The notes beneath the pieces are model-generated. The model was not told the origin of the DNA and ran no database searches. It was given only the letters and a program-made list of their open reading frames with translations. Positions 1 to 14,300 of a stretch of 64,000 nt of DNA are shown in pieces. The translations under genes were made by a program, and so were the position numbers. Every line of letters starts with the position of its first letter. Within the stretch, counting starts at the first letter, position 1. Source of the stretch: Phoronis australis (taxonomy: Eukaryota > Animalia > Phoronida); NCBI GenBank assembly GCA_002633005.1, contig NMRA01000046.1, positions 1,075,452-1,139,451 of the forward strand, read 5' to 3'.

Positions 1-581
1 TCCCAAACACAAAAAACAGGAGAGTTAAGTTTTTCAAACTTTTATTACAACCAATTTTAAAACTGCTCTCTGACTCAGAACTTGACAGCTACATATAGTA
101 CGAGACTGTAACCATAAATTTGATGTCTGACCTCTGCAACACGTGAAGCTTGCACGCGCGCACTTAAGCAGGGTCACATCTTGAAACAGTTTAATTCTAG
201 TGGAGGCTGCGTGGTGACCGGTCGTCTGCGCACCGCAGGACGGCACGGGCTATTACTCAGCAATTTTGTAAATTTAATTGTGAATGACTAATCTGAGGGC
301 AAGAGAACCTTTGTTGGGATCATCCACTGTTCACAGTCATTTGGCGACCTGACGATAAAGCTCTTTGAAAAGGGCTACGCGTTCCGAGTATGATTGTCGT
401 GTCGGGATTTAGATCGCCAGGTAGTTGTCTGTCGTAATAAGCGCCCATGTTCGGTTAACCGCCCATCCCCTACTTTAGGTGGATTTTTGATTTAACCGCC
501 CACTGCTCAGTTAAGCGCCCTCCCCCGATGTTTTGGATTCGCCAATTTAACCGCCCAGGGTGTTTACCCGAACGATTACGG
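1..581 (-). mobile_element. End of a non-autonomous Tc1/mariner(pogo)-type DNA transposon; inverted sister copy of 22893-25297, cut by the window edge
   Basis: Terminus CCGAACGATTACGG followed by TA; near-identical reverse complement of ~22893-23503. Confidence 0.85.
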
Positions 582-643
582 TAGTATAAAATCATGCATT
601 CTAGATATGTGGTTATGATTGCTCTTTGTGGTATCTTTTAAAG

Positions 644-738
644 GCTGATTTTACCAGTGAAACAGAACGTGAGGCTTGGGAGCGCCTACAAGATGTCAAA
701 AATCTCACCACATCCCTGGACCAGAAGCGCAAATACAG
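644..738 (+). CDS. Alternative upstream coding exon of the TMC gene (ADFTSETEREAWERLQDVKNLTTSLDQKRKYR); its upstream exons are outside the window
   Basis: Acceptor tttaaag| and donor ag|gttcat. Ends in phase 2, like exon 7641-8371, so it joins exon 9368 in frame. The peptide resembles the TMC N-terminal '..SL..KR..R' helix. Confidence 0.7.
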
Positions 739-3700
739 GTTCATTCATTTGTTATTTCTCTTGCAAAGTGTACGTAATGCCTTTTGCCCTGAAAAACATG
801 GCAGCTCCATCTTGAAGGGTGCTGATAGTTCTTCCCCTAAACAAAATGGCATTACAGAACTGAATTCATGTTGTAAGCAATATTTACACTTTTCATATCT
901 TGGCCCTTTTCAGTTTAATTTCCCATGTGTTAGAAATTAATACTAATTGAAGATAAAATGGATATTCATGATGTGTCAGTCAGAAATTTTAAAACTACAA
1001 TTTTAATACTCAAATGTACATACTCTCAGCTAACTTCAGCCAAGGGTTCATTGTATTTTCAAGAAGTACCTATACATGCAATTCCTAGTAAATTATTTGT
1101 GTATTTTGCAATTATGTGTCTCCAACAAATCTGGAGCTGTCTTGGTCTAATAAAATACTAGATTATGATATCTGCCACTTGCATCAAGTGGTCACACATG
1201 AACTAGTCTAGACACTTGTTTTATTTAGCCTTTCTTCAGTCAATGGTAGTGAGTTAAATTTTTATCAAATTTGTGTACATGTGACATTTGTTTTATATAT
1301 CGGGTATAAGGATAATATATAAGCATTTCATTTTAACATTTTGCTTTACTGCACAACTTTAGTTGTAATTCAGCAAAACGTGTCCTGTCTCAACATTATC
1401 TTTAATATTGTCTTAAATGTCCTGCAGTTGCCACTGTGAGGAGAGTGCCTCTCATCATGTGGCTAGACAGTGCTGCCCTCTTGTGTCTATAATGCTGGCA
1501 ACAGGTGGTGTTGCTGTATGAACTGAACAAGAACTCCACTTCATGATATAAAGTGTATGTTCAAGTGTTTCAGTTTGAAAATATTTTACTTTTATTTTCA
1601 GGAATGCAGTATGATATATTGATTCCTATAAATCAAACTTTTTTTGGAAATAATCCCTGACTTAATGTTTTTTAGCACAACCTAAAATTGTTTTTTGATC
1701 ATGGTCTTTGAACGCATTCCTTTTCATTGTCATTTGGTACTTTCTTTAGTGTTGATGACTTAAGCCGCTGCACTGGCAATGATTTTTCTCTTTCTGACCT
1801 GAGCGTTATGAATTGATAAAATTTGCCATTAGTGTCACGTGTGAGAGATGGTCAGACATAAATACTGTAAATGACACATTGTGTGATTAATCTGTCACTG
1901 ATAACGACTAATAATTTAAACAAGGAAATGAGAACCACTTATTCCTTGCTGATTGCCTGTAAAACTTTATTTTACACTATCTATATGTTAATCCCCTAAG
2001 TGCCATTCTGTAACTAACCTCTAAGGCTCTGAGACAACCGGACTGACTGTTCCAAAACTCTGTGTGGTGGGATTGACTTGACATTCAGCACAAAGCCACT
2101 GCTCCTTTATTTTTTGTGTGCCTTCAGAAACTCTTGAAAAAGTCCATTTTTTCAAACCCCTTGTCCTGACATTCAAGTCATGTGTCTCATCCTGGCTGAT
2201 AAGTAACAAAATGTGGGGTGTTTTCTAATCTCCCTAGCCTTGCTCTAAACTTAGGGTGTTCTTGAGATGCATTTCAACATTGTTCTGTGTGCCAGCTTTG
2301 TGCATGATGCAGCATTGTGCCAGTTTCTTGCTCAAGACCGTATTGTCTTTGTAATTGCCCCCTTCTAATCATTTCCTCGTAAAATCGTTGAATGTTGTTT
2401 TCTCAACATTGTGAGTGTCTGATGCCAGGTCCAGCGGCAATGTTACTATATAATGTGCACATAATTGCCATGTCTTTTATTTGGATCATCTTGAAAATTA
2501 TGGAATCATTATAACCAATATTTTGAAATACAAAAATTTGTTTCTGGTTATCTGTGTCATTAACTTTAAATAGATTCCTTGTAAGTCAAAGAGAAGAATC
2601 TGATTCTAAAATTTTGTTTTCTCTCAATGTGGCTCAGTTTATTACGCATGACAAATAAGTTACTGTCAGTGTTTGTACTATTTCATGGTATTATAGATTT
2701 CATTGCTGGTTATAATTGTGTTCTGTGTTATAACTCTGCATTCTATAAACCTCTGCTATATATGTCACCATGACCTCAGCGCAGTTCATGAGTTCTAGTT
2801 TCATTCTAATAATATCGGACTATTCTCTGTCGCCTCCAACCACAGACTATCATATGACATCACCTGCCAACTCTTCATCTACATCAGCTTATGGTAAGTA
2901 GGTTTATTGCAACAATTATGAGACAGCAGCTAATTTAGTTCCTAGTCATAGTGAATCTGCGCCTGTGCTGTTACCTTCTGATGTTTTCCTTTTAATCATA
3001 AAAAATAGCGTTGAAATTTCTAAGTAGAACTATTATAAAGTTCACAGTAAGTTTAAGGTATGATAGTAAGGTAAATACAGGAATTGTTTCTGGTCAAGTT
3101 GTTCAAAATAGATATATGCTGTTGAGTGGAGTCATTCAAATTGTTCACATTGCATGTCATACCAGGGTAAGCAACAATGAGGTTGTGATGTCTTTTTAAT
3201 CCATTTTATACCACAGGGAACAAATAGGTAAGCCAACTTTAGCATGTGTCATCTTACTAATGTCCTATCAGGAAATCTCTGCATGTAACAATATTCGCAA
3301 TAATTTCAGAAGAAAAAAGAATGGCACTAGATTGTTATATCCAGCATCAAAAGCAATGCCAAGCGACCATTTCTGCTTTTGATAAATTCTGCTTTGTAAA
3401 TTGTTTCTTTGCCAAACTATTGGTGAATAGACTCATGGAATGTTGATTTCCCCAACATTTTGTTTGACAGTTGTAAGTGAGGAGACACATGGACGAGTTA
3501 GTCTCGCCATCTAGTGACTGACGGAATGGGCATTTTGTCATATTTCACTACAAAAAGTTCAGCATGATTTGTACTGTAAAGCTGTCATGAAACATTTTTT
3601 GTTAGAATTTACGTGATCTGTAGCAAGGTATGTCGAGTGACGGTAATTGTAAATACATTTTGGAATGACGGAACTCAATAAAAATAAATCCGTATTTTCT

Positions 3701-4317
3701 TGTCAAAACAGTACGATGTCCTGGAGGGTAGGGGCAATGATATTGACGACTTTCATACATCGCACATGCGGTTTGGGTGATAATGGTTTGTTATGTTTGT
3801 TTTATAGCCTGCCATATTTTTTAAGTACTGTGAATATCAAAGATTTATCAAGTACTATGAATGAAGTATTAAAAATTTCACAGCAGACAAATTTTATTAT
3901 CAAGTTGCAAGGAATTTAATCCCGCTGTTACCAGGCTGAATGAGGATATTGAGAAAAGTCTTTTTGGTTACCCCAATAATTGCCTGATCGTTATCTACAG
4001 CCAAGTGCTAGATTTTAAGGGAAATGACCATATTTCCTACGTCCTATTGCCTATTTTTTCGACTCACCTACCAGATGCAAATGCTATTGAAAGAAATTGT
4101 GTTTTAAAAAAATAGTACTTCGGTGCACAGAGGACATGACATTACTTTGAATTTCAGATGTCTGAAAAATGGTTTGGGAAAACATCTCCCTAGGCCTCAT
4201 TGAAAACCTGTACGAATCCCATGGCAGGAAATTGCACAAATTTGTGAATGATACTAGAGCTTGGTGCAAGTCAATTTAAGACGCCAAGCTTGCGAATTAA
4301 TTGTATAGTAATTGCTG

Positions 4318-4380
4318 AGATCACCCATTCCGGGAATCAAACCAGAGTCCCCTGACAAGTGTTCTAACTATTCGGCTAAT
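4318..4380 (-). mobile_element. tRNA-derived SINE head (degenerate)
   Basis: Minus strand reads TAGCCGAATAG (A-box-like) ... GGTTTGATTCCC (B-box-like); no full cloverleaf. Confidence 0.4.
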
Positions 4381-7300
4381 AGACAAGTGCCCGTTAGGAA
4401 GTGATAAACATAGGTGCATTATATGATTCACTTTTTGAGTCTGCTCAGTGAGACCTCCGACTCGGTGCGTCTTTGGCTTCGTACTTTCGATAAAGTTATA
4501 ACTACTTTTTCAATTTGTGGGTGACGGTTTGAAAATAAGATTTGTTTTTGTCAAGTTACTGTGTGAATTTTAAGTTTAGAATTGGTAAATACATTTTCTT
4601 TGTAAATGAATCATTGAGGATTGTCTGATTGTACTGTAACCTATATTCTGGAAAGTAGGTCACTCAAAGATCTAAATTATTGATAATTTTTAATCAGAAA
4701 GTACAAATATTTCTATTTTTCAGTTATAGTTTATTTTATTTGATATTGGGAATTGTAATTAGGTAAAACAGCTTATAAGATCTTGAGCATGCTAACATAT
4801 TAAAAGTTGAGTAGCACTTTAATTCAATATAATTGTTACTAAATATACTGTATATATGTATGTATATAAGACAAGTGCTTTAATTTGCACATTGCTTTGT
4901 TTGTTGTCATTTTGGCAAGTAACCACTTCTGTGCCAATATTTTATGTAAAATTATGGCCACTTGCTGTAGTGGAGTTTTGGAAATTGATAATTTTAGGTA
5001 TTATTTAGTGTGAAATAACTGAAGAATTATTTTGTCTGTTGTATTTCTGTGGACATGACATAAAAGCATCTTAATGTTTCTGTATCATGAGGACTAAAAA
5101 TAGTGCACTGACTTATATTTCATAGCTTGTAATTATTTTACCAATTTTTCTGTAACGACAACGCAAACAGTTTGGTGTCATTTTCAACCGTGCCCGGTAC
5201 ACATAGGTTGATCTACACAGAGGTTGTTCTAGTTAGAGGTTGATCCAGTCAGAATTGTATTGGCAGCTTATTTGCTTTGTTCTCTTTCTGAAAGTTATTG
5301 TACAAGGTGTTAATTTATGTTCATCATTACCACAATCCGAAGTATTTCATGTGATGATATTGACCATTTATGACAATGGATAACCTGTTATATTTTTCTA
5401 AAAGAACAAGCGTTTCTGATTTAAACAGAGCAAATCTTGTTAGATTTGTGTAGGATGTTTACTCAAGACCCCTGGATTCATTTGTTAGAATTTGACCTGA
5501 AAATTCTTTTTACCAGGCATAACACATTCTTTTAGGCTGTTGCCATTCATTTTTCTTTTGTTTGCTATTGGAGGTAACTTGCTTTTGATGTTTATCTGTG
5601 TAGACATTAGGACTAAAGCAAAAAGAAACCCTTGAATTGGGGAAGGGCATAACAGGAAATACTTTATGAAGCTCAGGTATCACCCTTTAAGCCCTGTCTA
5701 GAGGCCTGAATCTTAACCTGCCTGGAACTGATAATAGCCATGGCAATGTCGTCATAAGGTTCAATGGGAAGGGACTATATTTCAATCAAGAGTTTACCCA
5801 GTGGCTGATCTCATATTGAGTTAGTGAAACAAGTAGAAAGTAAGTATTGTCTACCTTCTACCTATTAGATTGAGTTACTTCATTTGATATAGATTCACAC
5901 ATACTGCATTGACTTGAAAACTAAGTTATATTATAAAGTTAATTTGCATGCATTACAGTGACTTGAAACTACAACGTATTGAGATAAATAGTAGAGTACT
6001 TATTGGTTAATAATCCTGTATGAATTTTTGTTGTTTCCTACTTAAGTTACAGATCTGTGGAAGTTATCACTTACGGTGATCCCTGATTATGTTTCCTCCA
6101 CTGGGTAATAGGCGTTATTCAAAGACTGCTTGATTCTCAGATTTGGGACCATGGTCAGTAACAGGTGGTTCTGGGTTCTTATTTAAGGCCATCATCTACT
6201 TGTGTCTAAGGTCCCTATTTGTTGTTGAGATTCAACTGGTTGAGTTTGTTTAGTCACTGGGTGTATATTAGTACAGAACAAATAGGTCTGTGAATATTCT
6301 GAGGGCACTCCATGTGAAATCTCTTAAAGGGGTGAGGATATGGTAACACCGTGCCATTTTTGACATGACTCGCTCGTATGAATTGATCTTTGCTGTAGTT
6401 CGACATTTTGTTGTTATGTAAGACAGATTTTAAGATTTTGCACTTTGGTAGCGCAGTTCATGATCACTAATGCTAATTAAATTAGTAATTAAAATATGAA
6501 TTATCAATTTCACGATTTGTGTCATGCTGTTTGTCAGTTTTAATATGTTAAGTTGATTCAGCTGTTTTTATAAAATTACATTTTTATTTGCTCTTTAAAT
6601 GTAATTACAAAGGCTGAGTTCAAATTTGAAAGTATTTTTGTGGCAAGTGAAATTTTACTGTGGTTGGGTCAAAGTTCAATTACAGTGCTTAATTGTAATT
6701 TGTGGCAATTGACGTTAGGGGCATGATGTGGCAGCACCAATATCTTTTGCTCTAGGTGGCGATAATCCTACCAGGAACCCCCGACTGTATTTCTTCATCT
6801 TCTACCGATGTTGTGCTAATATTATACCTGAAGGTCGCGTACATTTCCAGTCTCATGGGGAATCTCAGGCACATGATTTACAACTTTAAACTCTTTATGT
6901 AATGTGAATATTGATTAGGTGACAGTGTGCAGCAAAAATATTGGCAGTAAAATCTCACTGATTCAGGGCAAGTGCAGTGTTATTTTCTCATTTAGTTTTG
7001 ATGTGGTAAAACAGAATGTATTTGATCACCCTTAAGAGAAATAAACGTGTTTATCTACTAACTTAGGCAGAAATTGATATCTAAAATGTACTGCTTTGTA
7101 CTGTTGTTATCAGAAGGTTTTGATCAGTGAGTGAAATTTTGCACATGACACAGTTTACTGAATACAGTTAATGGATCTAAGGTAAACATTAGAATGTAAT
7201 TTGGCATTTAATTTCAAATGCTCTGCAAAAGTGTATGTCCTTAGTTTTAACTCAGGCAGATAAATAAGGATAAATTTAGGGTGCATACTTGGTTTTAGAA

Positions 7301-7640
7301 ATAGCGTACTTGTCTGAATTTATGCCTAGGGTGGTAAAATTGGAGTACTAGAGTTTCTAAAAATTGGGTACTAAATTTGGAACAAGTTCCGACCTTGAGG
7401 AAAATAATTTTTCACTGTCCCAAATTGGATAATTTTTACCATAAAAGGTTATTTCTGTACCAGAAGGGGATGTGCTGCTTAGAAACTCTTAACTGTTCAT
7501 TACTCAAAGGTAAGCAAGTTTCCTATATGTTGAGACTGGCTTTTATAAAAGCATGATTGATTGATTGTATAATTCTCTTATTGCTCGGTGTCTAGTTTTT
7601 ACAGTTGAAACGTTACATCTTTATATCATTTCATTTCCAG

Positions 7641-8371
7641 TTGGCATACTAAAAGATGGCTGACTTTGAGCCTGCTGCAGACTATGGGGATGACATGGTG
7701 TTGATGCACCACCAAAACATTCCCACAAGGGCTCACCGTAGACACCAGTATGTGCACCCTGAAACTGACAACCATCGCCGTGTTAACGGGTACCATCCAA
7801 GTAATGAACGCCCTGTTGGTCTACGAAGGTGGGATAATGGCGATGACTGGGTGGCTAGATCGGGATTACCAAATCAGCCGCATCTTCAATCTCCACAATA
7901 TGCTTGGGCCTTTGATAACCAAGCTTTTGACGGCCATGTCACTGATGGTGTACAGAGTTACCAGCAAAAGCAGCCCATTGATTACGGGCAGCACCCATCA
8001 CACAGACCGAATGAGTTGGATTATGCACAACACCAAGTCAGTGAAGTGCCACCTTTGGGTCGTCACTACAAGAAGCACAATGTTCATGACTATAACAACG
8101 TGCAGCGAGGAATGCACAGTTTTAACCAGTCACAGCTACCATTGCGTCATCAGGAATCTGCATTTGAGAATGAGGCTTTTGAAGGTGACATGAGTGAAAG
8201 ACCAGCACGTGTGATGAGAGCGCTAGGTGATGGTCACAGTGTTGAAGATTATCTTCCCAGCTATATGGAGCGTAGAAAGTCCAGACAGAGGCGCAAGTCT
8301 GTAAAGGCTGAAGAGCCTGAAATGGAGCTCATCAGGCACCTGTCAGCTCATCAACAGGCTGAGCTCTACAG
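7641..8371 (+). CDS. TMC first coding exon of isoform B (H/Q/P-rich low-complexity N-terminus); ATG at 7656
   Basis: Acceptor atttccag| at 7640, in-frame TAA just upstream of the ATG, 246-aa ORF, donor tacag|gtataa in phase 2. Confidence 0.8.
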
Positions 8372-11300
8372 GTATAAGGGTAGAGATATTGGCTAGCATT
8401 TTTCACATTTGGAGCTGTTTTTCTTGAATGTTTAACCGTGCATGCATTTGTTATATATTTTATCTTGTTTATAGAGTGTACGTATCTCTAAAGCAGTTGA
8501 GTGTTGTTATATGGCTTTATAGTTAGCCTGATAGGCTCTCTTTCAAAAAGCTTTCTGTTTGATCCCCAATTGCTTCAGTCACATCTATGTCATTTCATTT
8601 GCATTAATGCACTGAACATAGCTTTTTTAATGAGTACCGACCATGGGAAGAGAACTGTAATGTTGCATCCACGAAAAAGTTTGGAATCTGTTGTCTGCTA
8701 CAGAAAATGCACTTAGCTACCAAATGAATGAAGCTGATGGTTTGCAAAGATTTTTATGATTTGTAGATAAGGGGCCCATTCCAAGAAATTTACTCATTAA
8801 GTTCATTTTTGACTTCAAGTCTAAGATTTGCCTCAAATTTTAAACTTTGAAACTTCCACATCCAGTAAGTCAAAATTAAGACAAGACTTGAGTCAAACTT
8901 AAGATTTCTTTCTTAAAACGGACTCGAGACAAAAGTTTTATCTTAAAATCGGCTGAAATTTAAGATTTGTCTTGGCTAAGTCAGTTTTGTTGGATTGGGC
9001 CCAAGAACTGTAAATATGTATAAATGTAGTAACTTCCCTCTCATGTATAATTGATTTGACAGTGACTGTTGTGGAGGAATGTGAGGAACATTGTAATACT
9101 ATGCATTTGTTTTACATTCAAGGAAAACTTTCTTGTAACATTTAAATCGAGGAAGCCAAGATAAAATATACAAGTCCAACTATCCCATTTTAGTGTCTTG
9201 TTGTCTTGTCATATCATCCACCTCACAGCTTTGGCCCCTGTGTAGTGCTTGAGCAAGTGTCACCCACTGATAGCGTTGAGACAGGATCCTTTGCTTGGAG
9301 TTGTTGGAGATATTTGCCTCAACTTTATTTAGTAATGTGAGACATTGATTATTTTGTCAATGAATAGGTCCAACTTGATGAAAGCTCAAGTAACTGGCGG
9401 TGGCGATGAACTAGACGCTCTCAAGTACAAAAGCACAAAGGTGAGGGTTTGTGAAACATAATACTCTAAAGACAACTCTTATTTATAATCACTGAGGTTT
9501 GAAACTGAAAGTGAAAATAAAACAGTGTAGGCATTTTTGCCACTTGACTTTTAGGATGATGGGAGTTGCTTGAACTAAAGTATTATTCTAATGTTTCTTA
9601 GATTTTTTTATATGTGCCTTTTTAATGGTTTTCAAAGTTGTTAGCTTTTGTGCGTGACTTTTTATCTTTTTATTATGGGTTAACAAATTTGTTATCAGTG
9701 CAATTCACCCTCAGATGTTTGGTTTGTCATTAAATAAATTTATTCAGTCTCATAAATTGCAATCTACAGACTTAGTATCTAGTCTTGAGTTCACAGCTCA
9801 AAAGCTTGGTCATGATATTTATTGGGACTTTGATATTACATATTGCATATAATTTCATAAACCTTGTGAAATTGTTAAAATGTCACCTGTCATTGTTTAC
9901 AATGTGTATGTTAAGGTGTAGATTGACATATATTAAAGATGCATCACGAGTCAATTACACTTTACAAATGCAACTTTTTCCTTTCCACCAGTTGCACTGT
10001 TTAGTTAAGGAATATTCACAGCATATTTTGGAAAATTTGGCGATAGTCACTTACAACAGTCCCGCATGAAAACCAGTTTTCTCTACTGAATAACGGGCAT
10101 CTAACTGGTTCTCGAAATACAGACCCCTGTTAATGACTACTGCTGACAATTTAATAAAGTACGGCACAATATACCAAGAGTTCCTTTACAATTTTTAACT
10201 TTTTCAAGTTGTGAATCTTCTGTGTTGAGATGAAAGAGAGTGTGCAAACTCTTGATTGTTTTAAGAAAAGTTTAGGGCTGATCTATTGTTACCTTATTTG
10301 TAGGCATATCGCAACTTAAAGGTCAAAACAAATGAATTCCTCAGTCACTTAGAAATTTGGGGAGGATCATTTAAAGAAATAGAAGGTAAGCAGAGCCACT
10401 TTAAGTAGTAATCTTACCTCCAAGTTGGTATTGCATCTTTAATAATGATCATGTAGCAAAATTAACACTACAGGTGTCAGCACTACTCATTTTTGCAGTT
10501 CACGTTGTTAATAAAATGCAGATTTACAACCATCGAGGAACTTCATAATACATTGAAAGTAAGACTTGTATGGTGGATTGAATATTTACATATTCCTACT
10601 ACACTGGAGACCTCTCATCACCTTTGATGGGTTGATGTAAAATCCTAGTGGTGGGAAGTCTGGTCACGTGGAAACTTGTTTGTCTTATAATACTGTACAT
10701 GCATTCATCCCATGCTGAGAACAGGTTGTATCTGGCACCACCTAGCTTGCGAAGGGAAAGTCTCAGGGCTTGAATGTAGCTTTTGTGCTTCTCTTTCAAA
10801 CTAGTTCTTTTTTTGTGAACAATATGTCTATATTTACATTGGCAAACCCATGTCCTGAGTCATGCAAGTGGTTGTACACAGCCGATGAAATACTCTCCCG
10901 AGTTGTATTGGTAGTGAAAAGTAGAAAAGACTAATTTTCTATATATCATTATTAATTGTTGAATAGATAAAAACATGTTTCAAAGCATAGCTGGAGTGTA
11001 ACCCTTGAGCACTGTACGCTGATGGCAAAGCAACAAAGTGTACCCACGCACCTTAGAGTCTTTTATACTTTGCTGGGAAGTCTAGAATTAGCATGTTACT
11101 ACTGCAGTAATAAATTGATGTTATTAACAACAAAATGTTAACTTTGTGTTCCTTTTAATGAACAATTATGCTACGTTTGACATTCTCAACATATTTGCAG
11201 GACATTTTGGAACGGGTGTGCTGCAGTTTTTCCGCTTCGTTAAAATCATCTTTCACATCAACATCTGGGTGTCTCTCATCACATTCTTATGTATCTGCAT

Positions 11301-14300
11301 ACCCCAACTTGTACTTCCACCCTGGACTTTTGCCGATTCTACCAAGAACATTTCGACCAACTCTGCAGGTATCTTATGTTGCTGCTCTCTCCCTTGTTAT
11401 AGCCACGTTGTCTTCTTTAAGAAAAACATCTGGATATTTGTCTCATTTATGAGGCACTCATGATACAATGCAGTCTGTGTGACTGTGTACACAGAATTTG
11501 ACCTGGTACAAATAGACACTGTATTTTGAGGTAGAGCATCATGTTGTTACTTGTTGACTGCAAATCCAAACAGAAAGTAGTGTCACGTTGGAAACAATCT
11601 TCTCGGTTGTGCCTTTGCTATACAATGCATTCATTTAGGATGTGGCAAGCTGAGCATGTACAAACTGATTTAAGAAAAAAGAGTTTAGGTGGCCTGATGT
11701 CATTTGTGGTGCATCAGACGTGTGCAGGCTTCTTTGTTGGGCCCATTGCTACAAACACCTGAGCTAAGAACTCGAGAGCCCCCATTAAGGTTCTTTGTGA
11801 AGGAAGTTTTCAAGTATGCTTGTCTTCTTTAAGACAAAGCTTGGAATTTTCCGCATAAACACGGATTTCCCTTTTTTCTCTTGTCCCCTTCGTGTATTTT
11901 TGTTATATTTCTGTGGAAAAAATCGGATTTTGCCTTAAAATTTCTGCGGCAAATTGGTTTCTAACCGCTTTGAGGAACGAAAATCTTAATTGCCGGGGTA
12001 CCTAGGATAGCATGGTTCATCAATGGCGTCTGAATATGGTAGTAAATTGTGGTGGCAAACAGTGCGATGCCTGCGGCCAAAAATGCGTGGAGTAGACTGA
12101 ATATTTCGTGGAACAAGTGGATAACAGAAACCGTCAATGTGTTTTCAAACAACAAAAGTCAGAGTTTGCGCTCTGTAAACTTTGACAGAGGGACAATTAC
12201 AGCATGCGTGGCAGAATTGCTTTGGAATTAGAGGACCACCTGAAAACGATGAAACACAAAAAATAAAAATGCTTTCTAAAAGGAAATTTAACCATAAGTG
12301 GTAATTTGTTGAATTCGGAATGTAATAGCATTGGAATCATTGGATGTGAGTGATGTATGAAATTCTTTTGTTTGATCCCACGTGCAAGCGTGTGCAAGTA
12401 CTTGCCAAGTTGCTAGGCCTGAGTCCCTTTTTCTATTTGACGCCAAAATGGGATACAAAGTGCTATTTGCGTTACTGCAAATGTTTTAACTTGCCATTGA
12501 TGTATTCCAATTTATTTTGACATTTTTCATGTTTTATTTTGTTAAGGTAGGTGGATACACAAAAAAATTAATTTTGACTGTTTTTTTACATTTTTATGTC
12601 ATCCTAATCTTTAATTCTTGATGCACAGTATACTGAAGAAAAATAAAATCATTCTGAAAATCCAAAGTTGTTTTTTTAGCTATATTTGACCAAGCCTCAG
12701 TAAGTCATATGGCTCGAGTGCTCACCAGCTCAGTGATTGACAACTGGGGCGGAGCTTATATACAAGGACACTAGCTCTAATCTAACCCTGTCAACAAGCA
12801 TTGCGTAACCGGACAATCGAGAGTGATGTACCAGCTGATATTGGTGTTGTAGCAAGACCAAGAATAAAACAATTCTATTTTTGACCATGTGAAAGTTGGT
12901 AGTGAAATGGTGAACTAGCTCCTGTTCCGAGCCTGAGCCTGTTTGTNTTGTGTGGAAAAAATCGGATTTTGCCTTAAAATTTCTGCGGAAAATTCGTTTC
13001 TAACCGCTTTGAGGAACGAAAATCTTAATTGCCGGAGCACCTGGGATAGCATGGTTCATCAATGGCGTCTGAATATGGTAGTAAATTGTGGTGGCAAACA
13101 GTGCAATACCTGCGGCCAAAAATGCGTGGAGCTTGGAGTAGACTGAATATTTTGTGGAACAAGTGGATAACAGAAACCGTCAATGTGTTTTTCAAACAAC
13201 AAAAATCAGAGTTTGCGCTCTGTAAACTTTGACAGAGGGAGAATTACGGCATGCGTGGCAGAATCGCCTTGGAATTAGAGGACCACCTGAAAACGATGAA
13301 ACACAAGAAATAAAAATGCTTTCTAAAAGAAAATTTAATCATAAGTGGTAATTTGTTGAATTCGGAATGTAATAGCATTGGAATCATTGGATGTGAGTGA
13401 TGTATGAAATTCTTTTGTTTGATCCCACCTGCAAGCGTCTGCCAGTACTTGCCAGTTTGCTAGGCCTGAGTCCCATTTTCTATTTGACGCCAAAATGGGA
13501 TACAAAGTGCTATTTGCGTTACTGCAAATGTTTTAACTTGCCGTTGATGTATTCCAATTTATTTTGACATTTTTCATGTTTTATTTTGTTAAAAAGTCTT
13601 ATTGTGACTCACTCGAGTTTTGCAGTTCAACAGTGAAGTGGTCACGTGACAGGTTTTGAATGATCTGATTGGTCTAAGCCATTGGTTCAATTGATGTGTT
13701 CATAGTTTAAAGTATGTTGTTTTTTGACACTTTTCCATGCTAACCAGAGCCACAGGTTTTCGTCTTGACTTTTTTCCATTTGCGTTGGAAATAATTTTTT
13801 TGTTGGAATTAAATGTGTATGTATTCAGGCTTTCCAGATAATTTCTGGATCGATTTTCAATTTTTTTATAATTCTGTATCGTAATTATAAGAACTGAAAA
13901 TAATTTTACAGGTCTCTGCAGCAAATCAAGAATAAACTTCTGTCACTCACACTGCAAATGTTGCATCATTATCTTTATTGTTTTAATTTTTAAAAAATAT
14001 CTTTTGTTGCATCTAATTGCCTTCATTATTGTTGCTGAAATAGATGTCAGGTACTGCTGTTTGGTCATGATTGCAATCCCCCCCTGCTTAAGATGTCGTT
14101 TTGCGAACACGACACAGTTACAGGGCTTCTTGTGATAATGTTTACTTTCGATCTGTTGAGGTATGGTTGTTTAGATTGCAATGTGTATTTGGAGCAGTAA
14201 AAAATTTCCTCTTTTTTGTCATGGGTCATTCCAAGCCCTGTTAAGACAACGGACAGACGTTTCCATTTGTTGGCATGCAGTATATATTGTAGGCATGTAT

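Noticed and set aside
2770-2893. Short ATG-led frame ending at a strong gtaagt donor as a third coding first exon
   Set aside because: Ends in phase 1, incompatible with exon 9368 (phase 2) and out of frame with 7641; at most a UTR exon.
4318-4380. Functional tRNA gene
   Set aside because: Only degenerate A/B boxes and no convincing cloverleaf; treated as a SINE head.
7750-8193. 147-aa overlapping ORF in the +1 frame of the large TMC exon
   Set aside because: No recognisable motif; most likely a shadow ORF.
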